From Eledone cirrhosa (Eukaryota), in the NCBI GenBank assembly GCA_964016885.1, contig OZ024743.1:187240001-187304000 (forward strand): DNA of 64,000 nt. Reading direction: 5' to 3'. This document shows positions 13,955 through 28,441 of the stretch, one piece after another; positions within the stretch are counted from its first letter, which is position 1; each line of letters opens with the position of its first letter. Position numbers and translations under genes: made by a program. The notes under the pieces are model-generated. The model was given only the letters and a program-made list of their open reading frames with translations, searched no databases and was not told where the DNA came from.

Positions 13955-14559
13955 ATATATATATACGTATATGCATGTACAGATACATATACAGGCTAGA
14001 TTAGAGATAGTTGGGAAAGTGTGACACTCAGCATTGGTCTATAGGTTTGAGGGTGGCTACCTGCTTTACTTTCTATTTCTTGCATTATGTTCTGATACTT
14101 GTAAGAAACATCTTGTACTCTAAATGTACATGTATATACCTGTAGCCCATACATAGGTCATATGTATTTAGAACTGATAATTAAAATGATTATTTGAAAT
14201 GAAACCTACATTTCATATCTGGCCTATGCATACATATTACCAGCCTTATGGGACTATATTTACATTAGGGTCTATTATTAGATTTGCAAGGGCCCACATA
14301 GATATCTTGCCTTTATAATGTTTATGCCCATTTTAGTAACTAAGCATGGGGTCACACAGAATCATGTCATAGTATTTCTACACACATACACATTACATTT
14401 TCCTTTTCCAAACACAATTTGCTATATTAATTGGTGTGTGACTTTCATTACTGTCACAAAAATTGCAGCCATAGACATAAGTGACTCTGTACAAAATTAA
14501 TTTCATGTATAGATATTGCTGTTTACTATCTAAAGTCTAAACTTTGCCTTCAGCTAGGA

Positions 14560-14792
14560 GGCTGGTGCTTATCCTGGTTTCCATGGTGTGAAGTAACGCA
14601 GAATACAAGACTCCCTCATTGCAGAGTTAAACACCCAGCTATTGCTGGCACTCATTATCGGCTGAGTATACTGTAGTGATGTGAAATGAAATGTTTTGCT
14701 CAAAAACTCAACCCACATCCAATTCCAGGAATTGAACCCACAACATTATGATCATAAGTCCAACACCCTTACCGCTAGGCCACATGTCTCCA
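14560..14792 (-). mobile_element. tRNA/CORE SINE, non-RTE tail
   Basis: Head tggcctagcggtaagggtgttggac...gggttcaattcc, then CORE; colinear with 32898-33140. Confidence 0.7.
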
Positions 14793-15959
14793 CAATTTTA
14801 CTATCACATCTATGAATTTCATTGTTTATCACAATAAATCATCAATACCTATGTTGTGAGAATAAACATTTTGTGATCATATCTCTATTGAAATTCACAC
14901 CCTAAGTGTTTCAATTAATTATGAAAATATAATAAATTTGGACAGATTTAGTGAAATAACAACATTTTAGTTATTAAATGAGCATTTGAAACATAACTTA
15001 AAATAATCTTACATGAAATTATGTTTTAATTTAATACTTATGTATGTTTATTGTCATTGTACTTGAGTATATATTTATTTATTTATATTTCCCTTAGGTA
15101 AGTATTGTGTGTTTGGGTATGGTTGTTATTCTATTCGTTTTTTTCTGTTCAACTATGGTTTTCTTAGTTCTATTTCCGTTGCTTCTCTGATTTGCCTACC
15201 TGTTGAATCATTTCTATGTTTAGATATTATTTTAATACTGACCCAACAGAAATATAAATATAGAAGCAAAAACTAATCCAAACCAAACAGTGAGTGTGTT
15301 TTATTATTATTTCTGGCAATATTATAACAATATGACCCTCCCCAAATATAACAATATTTGTTTCAACACACGATTTCATATCAAAAACCTTGCAAAACAA
15401 ATATATATATATATATACGCACACACACACATTGTCAGAGTCAGGGTTACCCATTCTGTATATATATATATAGATATAACGTTATCATACATGTCAGCTG
15501 CTTAGTATGTCTTTCAGAATGCTGCTAAGAGCAAATGTGTATATGAACCCATCATATATGTGTTTCTTTGTGTTTGTTTTGATGATTAAACACGTCTTCT
15601 GATGATGAACCAGTTAAGTCTGAAAATTGATTTTAAATGTTGATCATTTGCTCAGTTTACCGGGAGATTTTTTATTTCATGGCATATTTACATGTCTACA
15701 CATTAACAATGTGCATATTTATAAAATATTCATAAACATGTTGCTGCAGTCTTAGTTACCCATTCTGTATATATATAGAGATATAACTTTATTGTATACT
15801 TCAGCTGCTTAGCACACCTCTTAATATATATATCTTATTCTTATTCTTATTTTTTCAGCCATTACACAAGATTCATAAGCATAAGAAGGGGATGGAATGA
15901 ATACCAAGTTGAAGATAGCGGGTTTGGCTTTTGCACTGACCAACCTACCATTTTCTGAT

Positions 15960-16730
15960 GACCGGATGCTGAAGCTGGTGCATTACAGCGCTAGCTCCTG
16001 CAATTCTTTAACTTAATTCAGCCTCCTTCCTTCCATCACTCAAGAATGCAGCTCCAAGATACTTGAATGTCTCTAACTGCTTCAATGGAACTCCTCTTAC
16101 ATGTATAGTGCACTGCAAAAGCTTCCTTGAGAAGACAAGTGTCTGAGTCTTCACAGCTCTGATTTTCATTCCTGCCATGCAGAACTCAGCAGAAAACCTA
16201 TCAAGTGCATGTCAGAGCTTTAAATGAGTTGTATTAACATGTCATCTGTAAATTCCAGATGACTGATCCTAGACCTGCCAGTCTTGATACCAATTCTAAT
16301 CCAGCTGTGCATGTCAATCCTGACCATGAAGATTCTGAACAGAAAAGGTGATAGTACACACTCTTGGCAGAGTCCGACACCCACATTGAATGGTTTCAAT
16401 TTAGCACCATTTATCTGAACACAAATGTTAAGGCCTTTGAATGGAGATATCAGTGCAACAAAAAGCTGTCCATCGATTACATCTCTTTGCCAGACACTTA
16501 GCATAGACTTTACCAGAGAGGCTTAACAAGAAGATAACGGAGCAATCTATCTTATGCCCCTTTTGAAAATTGTTTAGGTACTTTTCCAATAGATCCAGAC
16601 CACCCTGCTGTACACATGAGTCATCCAGAGAATACCTTCTTTATTTAAGGCTTTTAACATCTTGGACTAAATTTCATCCTCACAAGAGGACTTGCTACAT
16701 TTGAACTCTTCAATTACTCTTGTGATCTCA
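15960..16730 (-). mobile_element. Rex3/Expander-like RTE RT remnant
   Basis: ORF 16220-16504 contains FNVGVGLCQECVLSPFLF...ISHLEFTDD (RT domains 4-5); matches 35530-35950. Confidence 0.75.
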
Positions 16731-17577
16731 GCGTTAATGAGGGTTGTTAAGTGAATGATGACATCTCTACATAATAACTCAATCTACTAGAAATAGCAAC
16801 AAAATATCAAATTACATCTTACCATCATTTAAAAAGGATACATTGGATGATGTTCAGAGTTCACTCTCGTCTGTATCCGAGAAAAGGACATATTGGTTAT
16901 AGTTGGAATGCCTTTGATCTTAAGTCTGTTCAAAGATGTCTGTAGAGCTAAACCACAACAATAGTGTGTGAAATATATGTAAATATCACATAGAAACATG
17001 TATATACATGTACAAAATTTGTTAGTAGCAGTTGACTGTTGATTTTATTGAATTAAAAAAAAATTGCTAGGTGTAATAAAACGTGCATAAATATTGATTG
17101 GATTCCTTCTTGGACAACTTTAACCTTACTGCAATAAATTATGCTATAAATTATGCAACAAAAAACATTTTCCTTTGGTTTGTAACTTTCTTTTCATAAT
17201 TAATCATGTGTTTGCCATAGGCCTGGTTCAGAAATTTTAATTAGAAATAAAATAATAAAGCAATAATGAGAATAAGAAAATAAGATGAAGAATTAACCAC
17301 AGTAAAAAATCAATCAGCTTGGATCAGAAAGACTGGATATTACATAATCGATCAGTATGGATCAATAGAAACACCTCCCAAACCTGAATAAGCAAATATT
17401 ATGGAATAATAGCCAAATGCAACCACACCTTCAAAAAAACAAACATAAACAAACATATGTTAAATAACTTAATTTATTCAGAAACCATGGAAGTATCAAG
17501 GGATATTGAGTTTGACTCTGAGGAGTAACCCAAACACTAAGAAAATAATACAATATAAATTCAGCAAAAACAGAAAC

Positions 17578-17960
17578 TCGGTGAATTGGCAGTATTGGTA
17601 GGTCAGACGGTAGAGTTACGGCCCTTTACGGTCTGAGTTCAAATCCAGCCGAGGTTTGCCTTTCATCCTTATGGGGTCAATAAAATAAAGCACCAGTAAT
17701 GCACTGGGACAATTGCTGGCCTTGGGCCAAAAGTAGAAACAATTATTTAGTAAAGTAGGACAGTGGATTGGCAGTATTAGGAGAGCATCAGACACCATGT
17801 TTTCAGAATAGAGTTATGGCCCTTTACATTCTGAGTTCAAATCCTGCTAATGTTAGCTTTGCTTTTCATCTTTACAGGGTTGATAGAAAAAAGTACCAGT
17901 AATGCACTGGAGTCGATTTAATCAACCTGGCCTTGAGCCTAAAGTGCAAACAATTATTTA
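17578..17960 (+). mobile_element. Two tandem SINE family A copies
   Basis: Two heads (17578, 17757), each ending aaacaattatttagtaaag. Confidence 0.85.
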
Positions 17961-18289
17961 GTAAAGAGAGCTCTAGCATGAAAAATTTCCCCAAATAGTA
18001 AGAATATACAATATCAAAAGAAAGAGATCCTTTAAGATCCTAACAAAAGTCTGCAGTATATGATGCTCTGAGAAAGATGAATGTTTGCTTCTTCCATCAG
18101 AATAACGTATTCAAGAAATAGATATTAAAATATTGCAATGAAGCAGCAAGAAGAAATATTTAGTTGAAAGTATATCTATAATAATCATAAACCTTATCAA
18201 AATATTGAAAATCAAAATGGTTATTAATAAAAAGAGGGTGAGGAAAGAGAAAAAACACAATAACACTGTAAACAATTATAATTTTCAAT

Positions 18290-18708
18290 GTAGTTAGTAT
18301 ACCAGAAATTTAGAGAGAGGTGTTAATCAATTAAATTGACCCCAATGTTCAAATTGTAATTCATTATCACCAGAAGGATGAAAAGCAAAGTTGACCTTGG
18401 CAGGATTGAAACTCGGTGTGTAAGGAGCTGGAATACAGACATTAGGTCTGCTGTTCTATTGATCCTGCCAACCCACTACCCTATCAGAAAACAAATAATT
18501 CTTTCTAACATTGAAAAAAAGCCAGCAATGTGGGGAAAGAGGAAAGTTGATTATATCGACATCAGTACTTAAACAGTATTTTATTTTATTGACCCCAGAA
18601 GGCTGAAATGCCAATTGACATCAGTTGGATTTGAACTTAGAAAGTAAAGGGCTGGAACAAATACTGCTAAGCATTTGTCTGACGTTCTAACGACTCTGTA
18701 AATCCACT
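18290..18708 (-). mobile_element. Two older SINE family A-like copies
   Basis: gaaggatgaaaagcaaagttgacc and ggatttgaact motifs, degenerate. Confidence 0.65.
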
Positions 18709-19887
18709 GATACACTATAACAAAATGATAAAATTCAGTTTAGACCACTAGAAATAGGAAGGCTCTCAATAAAACTCTACAATTTCTAATTAATCAATAA
18801 ATATGAGTTTATAGTTAGAGCATTTGAATTGATTTCTAAAGAAATTAGAATTAACAAACAACTGATTTCAAGAAAGACACCACCATCATTACCATTTAAT
18901 GTTTATTTTCCATCCATGCATGGGTTAGACAGCTCTCGTATGTCAGGTGACTAGATCCTGCTCATATAGAAAAACAATCTTAAGTCCCTGAAACAAAAAC
19001 ACAAGAATATACAATGTAGGATATCAATAGTTTCTAACAGCCTAACAGTTTATCTGAAAAATATCTTGCCAGCAGAACAGAAAGAGTTTTTGGAAGAGTA
19101 TGTATAGATATAGAGAACAGCTATTAGTAAGTTGAGCAGTTATTGAAGGCAACAGAAATAATTCTCACCAGAGCTGTTTGGCTAGAGAACAGTTCTCATC
19201 TGGCAGAGAGTGATATGGCAATTAGATATTGTTGTGAGTTATGATATAAGTGGGCTACTGCTGGATTAATAAGCTATTAGTAGAGATGGAGCAATAGGAG
19301 ACATGACTGGTTCTCAATAAAACTGTCAAAATACAGTTATGTAGATATGATGAGGTGAGTAAAAGCTGTTTCTAAAAAGTCTAGTCTTATTTAGATTAGA
19401 ACAAAAACAAAATATAAAATATTTACAGGAATCTAGAAATAAACAGCCATGGATATGAAAAACCTTTCTATAGTCAATATTCTGTTAGATTCAACTGAGA
19501 GAAAGTAATTTAATATAAAAGACAACAATGCCGCAAACATGCTTAGACTATAAACAAATGAAATGTTTTGTTATTAGCAGTACAAAATCAATTCCTGTCC
19601 AGAAAAAATACCAAAATAAATAATGTAATATAAGGATTAGAATCAACTGGTGTATATGTAACCAATTTTTTGAGACATCAATCTGAAATCTGAGAATAAA
19701 TAGTATGACCATGTTAAGGGTCAATGGTAACATGGCATATATCTGTCCAGACTGACAATAAGAGCAAAAGGGTCTTCCCAAATTTCTTGATTAAAATGAA
19801 GGAAAATATGTCCTTTGATAAAGATCTCAATCTCTTCCAATCTGAGCCTTCCACAAAAAATAAGGAAGATATCAACAAAATATATTT

Positions 19888-20120
19888 CTTCTTCTTCTTC
19901 TTCTTCTTCTTCTTCTTCTTCTTCTTTGCTCCTCCTCCTTTACTCACTTATTGTGGTAGAGTTGTGGAAAAAGAGTCCTCAAGCATGCCTTACAGCATGC
20001 TCGAGGTTTACTCTTGGATCTCTGGCTGGTTGGTTTTGCTTGTAAAATCTGTTGAGTGATTTTTTCCTGAGATATTCTGTCCACATGTCTGTAGTATTGG
20101 AGCTCTGATCTCTCAATTCA
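19888..20120 (-). mobile_element. Rex3-like 3' end with (GAA)n tail
   Basis: Similar to 36020-36293 and 54090-54275; (TTC)n on the plus strand. Confidence 0.55.
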
Positions 20121-20799
20121 GAGAATTAGCAACTCCTAGATATCCAAGCTACACAATCTATCACTTCTATTTGTGATCATATTCTTTTGGTCATCATCCC
20201 AGATTCATGATCATAGGCATGAATATGAAATTGTAAATAGCATGTTTGGCTTTTTTCTTGGCAAAGTTGTTTTCCTAGAGAATGGGTTATAGGTGGAAGA
20301 TAGTGATACAGCCACCAGATATGATGGTTAGTTGCAATATAAGTGGGCTCCTGGTGGACAAATAAGAATCCTGGACCCAAACTGGTAAACTAATAGGGGA
20401 GATGGAGGAATGGGGAGCACCTTTAGCTCCCAAGAAAACTCTAACAACTCAGTGATATAGCTATGATGAGGTGAGAAAAGACCATCTCTAAAAACGCCTA
20501 ATCTTTGACTGTCTAAGAAAAGTACCAGGCTGGTGACTGGCCTGAATGAATCCACCAAAACTGCAGTATTGTGAGAGATAACAAAAACAATCATAATCCA
20601 TTATCCTTCATGCAGGTTAACAAGGGATACATTCAGGCCTTAGGTAGAGTGGCCTGTTAAAAAGATATATTGCAGCCTCCACTCAATGCTGAAAAAAACT
20701 GGTGATAGAATTGTCACCTGTACTGAGAGGTGTGGGGTGGGTGCACAAAAATTGCCTATCCCAAGTCCCCAAAGAAGGTTTGGAAGGGAGCAAACCGTA

Positions 20800-21560
20800 A
20801 CCAATGGAACTTGAAACATCACAACCCTTACAGGTATGGAACAGGAACTAGTGGAGAAGGCTCAATGCTACTGTTTAGATATAGTCACAGTTTCCTCAAT
20901 ATAGTTCCATGGCTCTGGTACTGTAGATTTGGATGGAGTATGGAAATTCTGCTTTCAGGTGTGGTGCCAGATATGAGTGTAAAGGTAGGAGTGGGGATAC
21001 TCACAAGTCCTTTGTATGTAAGAATGTGTCATGAACTGGATGCCATTAGGAGAGATAATTTGCCACTTGAAGCTTAAGCTGAAAGAAAGGTCTGTGTGGG
21101 TGGTGCAAGCTTATGCGCCAAACAGTGAGTCTAAATACAGATCCTTCCTTGATGAAGTCACTGCAGTGTTAGATATAGTTAAGACTGAGTCTTATATCGT
21201 AATGGAAGTCATGAATGCAGATGTTGACACTGTCCACCTGACATGGATATGAGTGGTTGGAAGGAATGGCAATCGCTATCCTAATATGAATAGAGAGGCC
21301 TTATTAGACTTGCTCTAGTTATGGGTTTTCTATTCTGAACACCTTCCAACACAGAGGCACCCATAAGTATACATTGTACAAGGGGAATCAGGGACAGAGA
21401 TCAATTTATTTTGTTTCTGTCTCTGATCTCTTCGATTCTGTGCTAGATGTTTGTGTTAAGAGAGGGGCTGAGCTGTTAACAGATCCCCATCTAGTTATCT
21501 GCAACCTGTGACTAACTGAAGCCAAGAAAACCCACAAAACTGGCAGATCCAGCTAAAGAT
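20800..21560 (+). mobile_element. APE endonuclease remnant of an RTE-clade LINE
   Basis: GVGILTSP...VVQAYAPNSESKYRSFLDEV..IVMEVMNADV; later RGAELLTDPHLV resembles the SDH motif; multiple stops and frameshifts. Confidence 0.7.
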
Positions 21561-22510
21561 ATTGATAAATTGAAATAATCAAATAAAGGTCTTTAAGAGC
21601 ACAACAATTAACAAAAGTAACCAATTCATTGGCTATGATAAATACCATCATCAAAAACATAAATGCCATATCAGAACGTACATTTTTAAATAGTTCAATA
21701 AAGAAAAGTGGGTTTTTAAACTTTTTCTTTTCTTTTTATTTAATACATTTTTCGTCTCATATAAAAAAAATAACAGTTTATTTGTTTTAAATATATACAT
21801 AAATAACATTAAAAATTGCTCACAATTCTTTTATAATGAAAATATAAAGACATATAAACATGTATAATAAATACAATTAACTATTGCAATGAATCTTATA
21901 AATACAACGCACCAAAATATATGACCAGAATGCTGAAACAACCAGGCACCTCTTGCAGCCCAACTTCATCAAATGTCTTGCTGGAAAAAATAATTGTTAG
22001 ATAGTTCCATCAGGCATATTGCATATATGTTAAGATACTTTTAATCCAATAATACAACTCCCTCAGTGTTAACACATCTCTGTTCTGCTCATTAAAATAA
22101 CACAATACATTTTGTTCATTCAATTCTTTTTACCTTAAAACTTGACACAACAACCAATCGTTAATCAACAAAACAACTTTGACAAAAACACAAATTAGAA
22201 GTCATAAATAGACACACTCGTTACCCACATAAAAATGATGTTGCATACATTTACGGATACAGTAAAATTTGCATGAAACTATTGAAACCACTCAATATTA
22301 TGAATGATTTCTAATTTTGGTGGAGGGCATTGTCCATTGTAGTGATATCAGTATTTGCCTGGTACTTATTTTATCAACCCTGGTAAAATAAAAAGCAATT
22401 ATGGGTTTTGGTGATATTCAAACTCATAATAAAAATGATTTTACACAATATTGCATTCAACTACTGAAATAATACAAAAAAAAAAAACAGGAATAAATTG
22501 CATTCTTATG

Positions 22511-22914
22511 TACAAGGTTAATCCCAAAAGTAAGGTCTCCAAAGCGATAGAGAAACTGTTCATACGGCTGTTGGCAACACTGCTGTGATTGGTGATTCCT
22601 TCACTCCCAAACAAGCATGCACGCGCTTCGCTGGGATGCTCAATCTTGGCTTGGCAGCCGTTGAGAATGGAGCTCCCGTTGAACGCTACCGCCAAGTGCG
22701 AATTTCGCGCAGTTATTATATAGAGGGCAATCCCAAAAGTAAGGTCTCCTTCCGAGGAAAACATGCGTAAAGATCGGTGGATCACTCTAGATGCTCTCTG
22801 CATTTTGGTTCCTGAGGTTTCCCGAAGCACCATCCACAGGATTTTAACGGAAAAGTTGCAATATCGGAAGTTACAATATCGGAAGGAGACCTTACTTTTG
22901 GCATTGCCCTCGTA
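22511..22914 (+). mobile_element. Internally deleted mariner element with an extra internal TIR
   Basis: TIR (ta)cgagggcaatcccaaaagtaaggtctcc at 22511, 22721 and inverted at 22885-22914; transposase fragments MELPLNATAKCEFRAVI and RKDRWITLDAL..VSRSTIHRILTEKLQYRK. Confidence 0.85.
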
Positions 22915-23399
22915 TAATGATTTTCTAGCTAAGGCTCAAAACATGTACCATGTTTTCCATCAAAATCTCATTATTTTTTCTGCATATTCAATTTCTTTTA
23001 GTTTAAATGATGTATCTTAGGCAATCCGTTTTGTTTTCATATTTGAATCCATCTGATTGTTTTTTGAATTTTTCAGTATGTTTGCCCCAAAGAAATTACA
23101 CAAATATTTTTATCTCCACATAAATTACCATATTAGTGAACTCTATATAGAGGTATAATTATAGTACTAGTAAAAAGTATTTATATATCATTATAATTAT
23201 ATCGAAGTTATTTACGTGTCTAATTTCTATTGTTTAATTTTTCTCATATCATTTATTATAGTTTTCAAACCTGCTACTTTGTATCAACAAACTAAAGAAT
23301 ATCTGTTTAGCAAACAACTTCATAGCATGGGAATTGTCACTCCATTATTCAAGTGGGAAAAACTATATATTTTAATAGTAGTAAAGCCTCAGTTGTAAC

Positions 23400-23498
23400 A
23401 ATAATGTTATAAAAACCTGAAATGTCTTATGAATTGTAGTTCCTTTATAAATTTGTAAAGGAACTACATAAGACTTGTCAGGTTTTGATAATATTATT
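23400..23498. repeat. Imperfect ~100-bp hairpin
   Basis: tgtagttcctttataaa|tttgtaaaggaactaca core, with flanking aaacctga/tcaggttt and aataatgttat/ataatattatt. Confidence 0.6.
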
Positions 23499-24354
23499 AA
23501 AAGGTTAACTTTGCCTTTCATCCTTACGGGGTTGATAAAATAAAGTACCAGTAATGCACTGGATAAATTGCTGGCCTTGTGTCAAAAGGAGAAACAATTA
23601 TTAAAAGGAAAATTGGCTGCTATTTCTAGCAGATTGAGTTCGCTTAGAAACTAAATATTTGATTCTTCTAATCAGCTATATGTATATTGTTATGCGTAGG
23701 GAAGACTGAGTATAGTTGGTTCAAGAACTAATACCTAGATCATCTGCAGAATATAGGAACATTTATGTTAGCTTTATCGTTGCATCAACCAACATAAAGC
23801 CATTTGTTTTGTCTGTGTTTTCTGGTATGTTTTGAGAAGGAAAACAGCTACCCATTTCATTGATCTTGATTGCTTGTTTCTTAATAACATGTTTCTTAAT
23901 TATAATACATATATAACACAAGAAATATTGAATGAAAATTAAGAACAAAAGTGGAGGGTTTGTATAATACATAAGTATACATTTTTACTGGTGTTAAAAA
24001 CACTAATTTCAAATGGCAATATGACAAATACACTCAAGGAATATGATAGATAATAAAACATCGAATATTTTTAGAACAATTTGTTAACAAATGATATATA
24101 ATACAATATTTGTTATTTGAAACTTAGTAGAATTGAATATCATTTGTCTTAAAGATAGGAAATATCTGTTAAATCATACTCTACATTTTTTAAAATGAAG
24201 GACACCATGTGGTCCTTGATATACAACCAGATGGGATGGTCTTATCTAAAAAAATCTTTTATCCCAGATCTGATCAATCAATGCCTAAACAACAACAAAA
24301 ACAACAACAATTAATGTGCTGTATGGTTTCCTCAAATTTGTCTATTATTTTTTA

Positions 24355-24575
24355 GGATGGTGGATTGGCAATATTGTTAGAGTGTCAGACATTATACTTT
24401 GCAGCATATGGTTACAGCCCTTTACATTCTGAGTTCAAATCCCACCGAGGTTAGCCCTGCCTTTCATCCTTACAGGGTCGATAGAGTAAAGCACCAGTAA
24501 CATACTGATGTTGATCTAATTGACTTTTCCTTCCCCTAAAACTGTTGGCCTTGTGCCAAAATCAGAAACCATTAT
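24355..24575 (+). mobile_element. SINE family A
   Basis: Head, central motif and ..gaaaccattat end as in the other copies. Confidence 0.8.
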
Positions 24576-24804
24576 AATTTCTTTTATAATTAAATACGTT
24601 TTTAACATAATATGTAACTCCCTCTTGCTGCAAAATCTCTAAACATAATGCAGCTGCTGCGGCATGTAGATTTAATTCTGTTTATAGTTTATATTTGAAA
24701 TAATCATTAGTAGCCAAACTTAGATCCACAGATATACTAATTCTTCACATTGCTTTTTCTTCTTCTACTACTACCACCACCACCACCACCACCACCACCA
24801 CCAT

Positions 24805-24862
<58 letters not shown>

Positions 24863-25836
24863 GCCACCACCACCACCATCACCACCACCACCACTACTAC
24901 TACTACTACTCCTGCTACCACTAGTACAGTGGCTTCTGCTCCTAGGAGTTAGCTGATCTCATGTCATCTCCACACATGCTCTACTGACTTACTCTTGTTT
25001 TTTCTTCTCATCACTAATAGTGTGTTTCCTACCATTTCTGACACTTACCACTTAGAACATCTTCCCCAATAATGTCCATTTTCAAGAATTATACCCTAGA
25101 CATCAATTGCAGCTGTTCAAGAGAAACATCAATGGCATTAATCTTGCTAGTCATAGATGGCCCATAAAGGTTGTGGCTAGAGATCCTTTCTCCAGATCAA
25201 ACCAGTAAACAAACAAACAAACAAAAAACAATAATATAGAGCACTGAATTTAAGATATTTAAATATTTAAAATAATTTATCAATAATGTTATGATTATAT
25301 TTCAGTTGAATGAAAAAACAAAACTACTTTTATGTAAAATGGCCTTAGATTCAGAAACAATGATTAAATAATATTTCAAATTAAAGATTATAATGAAATA
25401 TATGAAAGAAAAAGTTTTTAATAGTTAGAATCTAGAAAATGTATTTCATTTCATAAGGATTAACTTTTATAGGAATTTGTCTGGAGACAGGAATAAAATA
25501 AACCAATAAAATAATCAAGTTAAAGTATTATGTAAGTTTAAAATAAATACTATATAAGAATAAGAAAGAAATAATAGAATTAAAATGCTTTTTGTTTTTG
25601 TTTTCTTGTTTGTTTGCTTTTATATTGACAGCAGTAGTCTCATGAAAAATATTTTTATTTTTTTATTTTTTAAGAAATATTGGCAAATTGCATTTAATCT
25701 CAGCCAGTGTAGGAAGATCTGAAAATAGATCTAACTTCTTATATTTCTCAACATGCTGCCGAGTGATATTTAAATTGATCTTACATATAATGTTATGTTC
25801 TCTGCTTTTTCTTTTCTTCTTCAGTCATCTGATTAT

Positions 25837-25914
<78 letters not shown>

Positions 25915-27340
25915 TTTTATTTGTTTATCTGACAGAAACAGAGTTTTCAAGTGAGATTTGATATCTTTGTTTATTGTTTTATATGTCAATATTTATTGCT
26001 AGGCATATCGACATGCATATAAAGGATACACAAAACTGTTATAAGAAATTAAAGGAGAAATGAAAACAAAATGCATAAACATGAAATGAATTCAAAGATG
26101 CTTCTGCTATGAATCAAATCAAATGGAATGATATTAATCAAAATTAAAGTATTTGTCTTCAAGTTGAAGGTTTCCGAATTGTAGCTGGTTTGTTGATTCT
26201 AAAAGGTTGCAGGCCTCATGTATGATAAAATGTAGCATGTAGACACTTAGAAAGTATGTATTTAAAATTATTCATGTTTTGGAAAGATAACCAGTATACA
26301 TATTTATAATCTGAAAGACTGTGTGAAATGACCCATGTGTGTTGATAAATAATTCATCATATTGACCATAGGCACATATTATAAGTGTTAAATATGACAG
26401 AATATTCTCATACAATATTTCTGTCACCATTGCTAGAAACAACGAACACAAATTTCATTCTTTTTATATAATTCGAAATTAATGCTACTTGTCTATTTTA
26501 AGCAGCTATCTGTTCCTTCTATTTAACTACTTGTCTCAATCCATTACATAGATGTTCCTAATAATCAAGTAATTATTATTTCTTACTTTAGCAATGAGTT
26601 TTACATATCTAAGGTATATATGAGATGAATTAATACAGAGTAAAGCATTGATCAAGCAGATAGCCTTATCTTTTGTTCCCATCTAAACCATCTTCTCTCT
26701 CCTGGTATCATGTTTGTACATGTATGCATTTTGTATTGAATAATCATTAAGTATCAGAGGAAAGTTAAATGGTTTTATCAAGGCACGTGGCTTAGTGGTT
26801 AGAGAGTTGGATTCACAATAATGAGGTTGTGAGTTCAATTCATGGAGTGAGCAATGTGGTATGTCCTTGAGCAAGACACTTTATTTCACATTGTACTTTT
26901 TACCAGGAGTTGTGACTGGTAGATTGTATCAGCATTGAAAAGACCAATGGAAACATTGTTTCCTTGGTCCACTTAGATGAGTTCCACCCCATTTGGTAGG
27001 CGATTACAGCCTGAGATCTTGTTGACTGTATGTAGTAGTTATTAAGTATGAATCTATTTCATACTTAACATGTAAAACATAAGTATCATTCGATCAGAGC
27101 AGTTCATAGCCCCTTTAGTAGTTAAATTTTCTCAGAAATGTAGGTTTCCAATTCCCTAGTTTTTTCAATAAACTGTTGAAGTTGTACACCAGACATGGGT
27201 ATATTGTCAAGAAGTTTGTTTCACAAATATGAGCTTTTGGTGTCACTCCTAGTGTGTAGAACTCTTAGTGTCTTTGTGAGTGAAATTTGGTAGACAAAAG
27301 TAATGTGGAAGATTCTTATATATATATATATTCATAGAAA

Positions 27341-27657
27341 ATGGAAAAACTCAGCGTAAGGAAGCTGTTAAAACAGCAAAATGCCATTGAAACAGTGTTA
27401 GGTATAACATTACCTCGAAGGACAGAAATCAGCGGCTCAAAGTGAGTTGACTCAAAGAATTGATAGGAAGGAAGAAATAGAATGGAAGAGAAGAGATCAC
27501 AAATTCTAAAATACACTCATCAGATTTCAGACCACCTGCAGTTTCAACTCACTTCAAGCTGCTGATTTCTGTCCTTCTAGGTAATGTTTTACCCAACACC
27601 ATTTCGGCAGCATTTTGTTGTTTTAACAGCTTCCTTATGCCAAGTTTTTCCATTTTT
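27341..27657. repeat. Foldback with ~110-bp diverged arms
   Basis: atggaaaaact...aaggaagctgttaaaaca...gaaggacagaaatcagc vs gctgatttctgtccttc...tgttttaacagcttcctta...agtttttccat. Confidence 0.75.
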
Positions 27658-28405
27658 CTTGAGATCGATGAATGCCAGGTAGAGTGGCTTACTTTTAGCT
27701 AGGTACTTTTCCTCTAACTTCCTCATCAGCTTTATACCTCTATAGATTCCTCTATCTAGTGCATCACCTTTACCTTTTGTAGCAGTTGACAATGATGCTA
27801 CTGCACCAATCTTTTGGTATGACACCTTCTAGTATTACCTGGTTAATAATACGTGTGGTTATGGTGTGACCTACCGACTCAGATGCCTTCAGCATCTCGG
27901 CAGCTATACCCGATGGACTGGTTGCCTTTGCCGTCTTAATATCTTTGATTGCCTTACTTACTATGCTGCTGCTGACTTGTACTGCTGGCCCTCTATAGGG
28001 TCTACTTGGGGTAGGGTCTCTTCTTCCCATGCATTCTGCTCATTTAGTAATCTATCATAATGGTTCTTCCATGCATCTTTCTTCTCAGCACTTGTGAGGG
28101 CAATCTCACCTTTATCATTCCAGATACACTTCTCTCCAATGACATCACAATTCTCTCTAACACACTGCCTCGTTGCAAAACATACTTGAATTTTCTATCC
28201 TCTGCTTCCCTCCTAGCTAAGTATACTTGTCGCCTAGCTTCCCTCCTGGTCTCTATGTAATGTAACCTGCTTCCCCCGTTCTTCCATTCTTTCCATGCCT
28301 GTCTCTTGGCCTTAACTGCCTCATCTACCTTATTGTTCCACTACCAAGTCACTCTCCTCCTGCCAGATGTCTTATTCCAGCCACAGATCTCATCCGTCGC
28401 CTTTA
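27658..28405 (-). mobile_element. RTE LINE fragment (RT N-terminal part, internally deleted)
   Basis: SPSGIAAEMLKAS..VIPKDWCSSIIVNCYK / GKGDALDRGIYRGIKL / EKYLAKSKPLYLAFIDL; same family as 51154. Confidence 0.85.
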
Positions 28406-28441
28406 GTAAGTTATTTCTCTCTCTCTCTCTATATATATATA

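Noticed and set aside
19160-20520. Diverged direct repeat (19160-19400 vs 20250-20520)
   Set aside because: An old interspersed repeat pair, too decayed to classify or to support a functional claim
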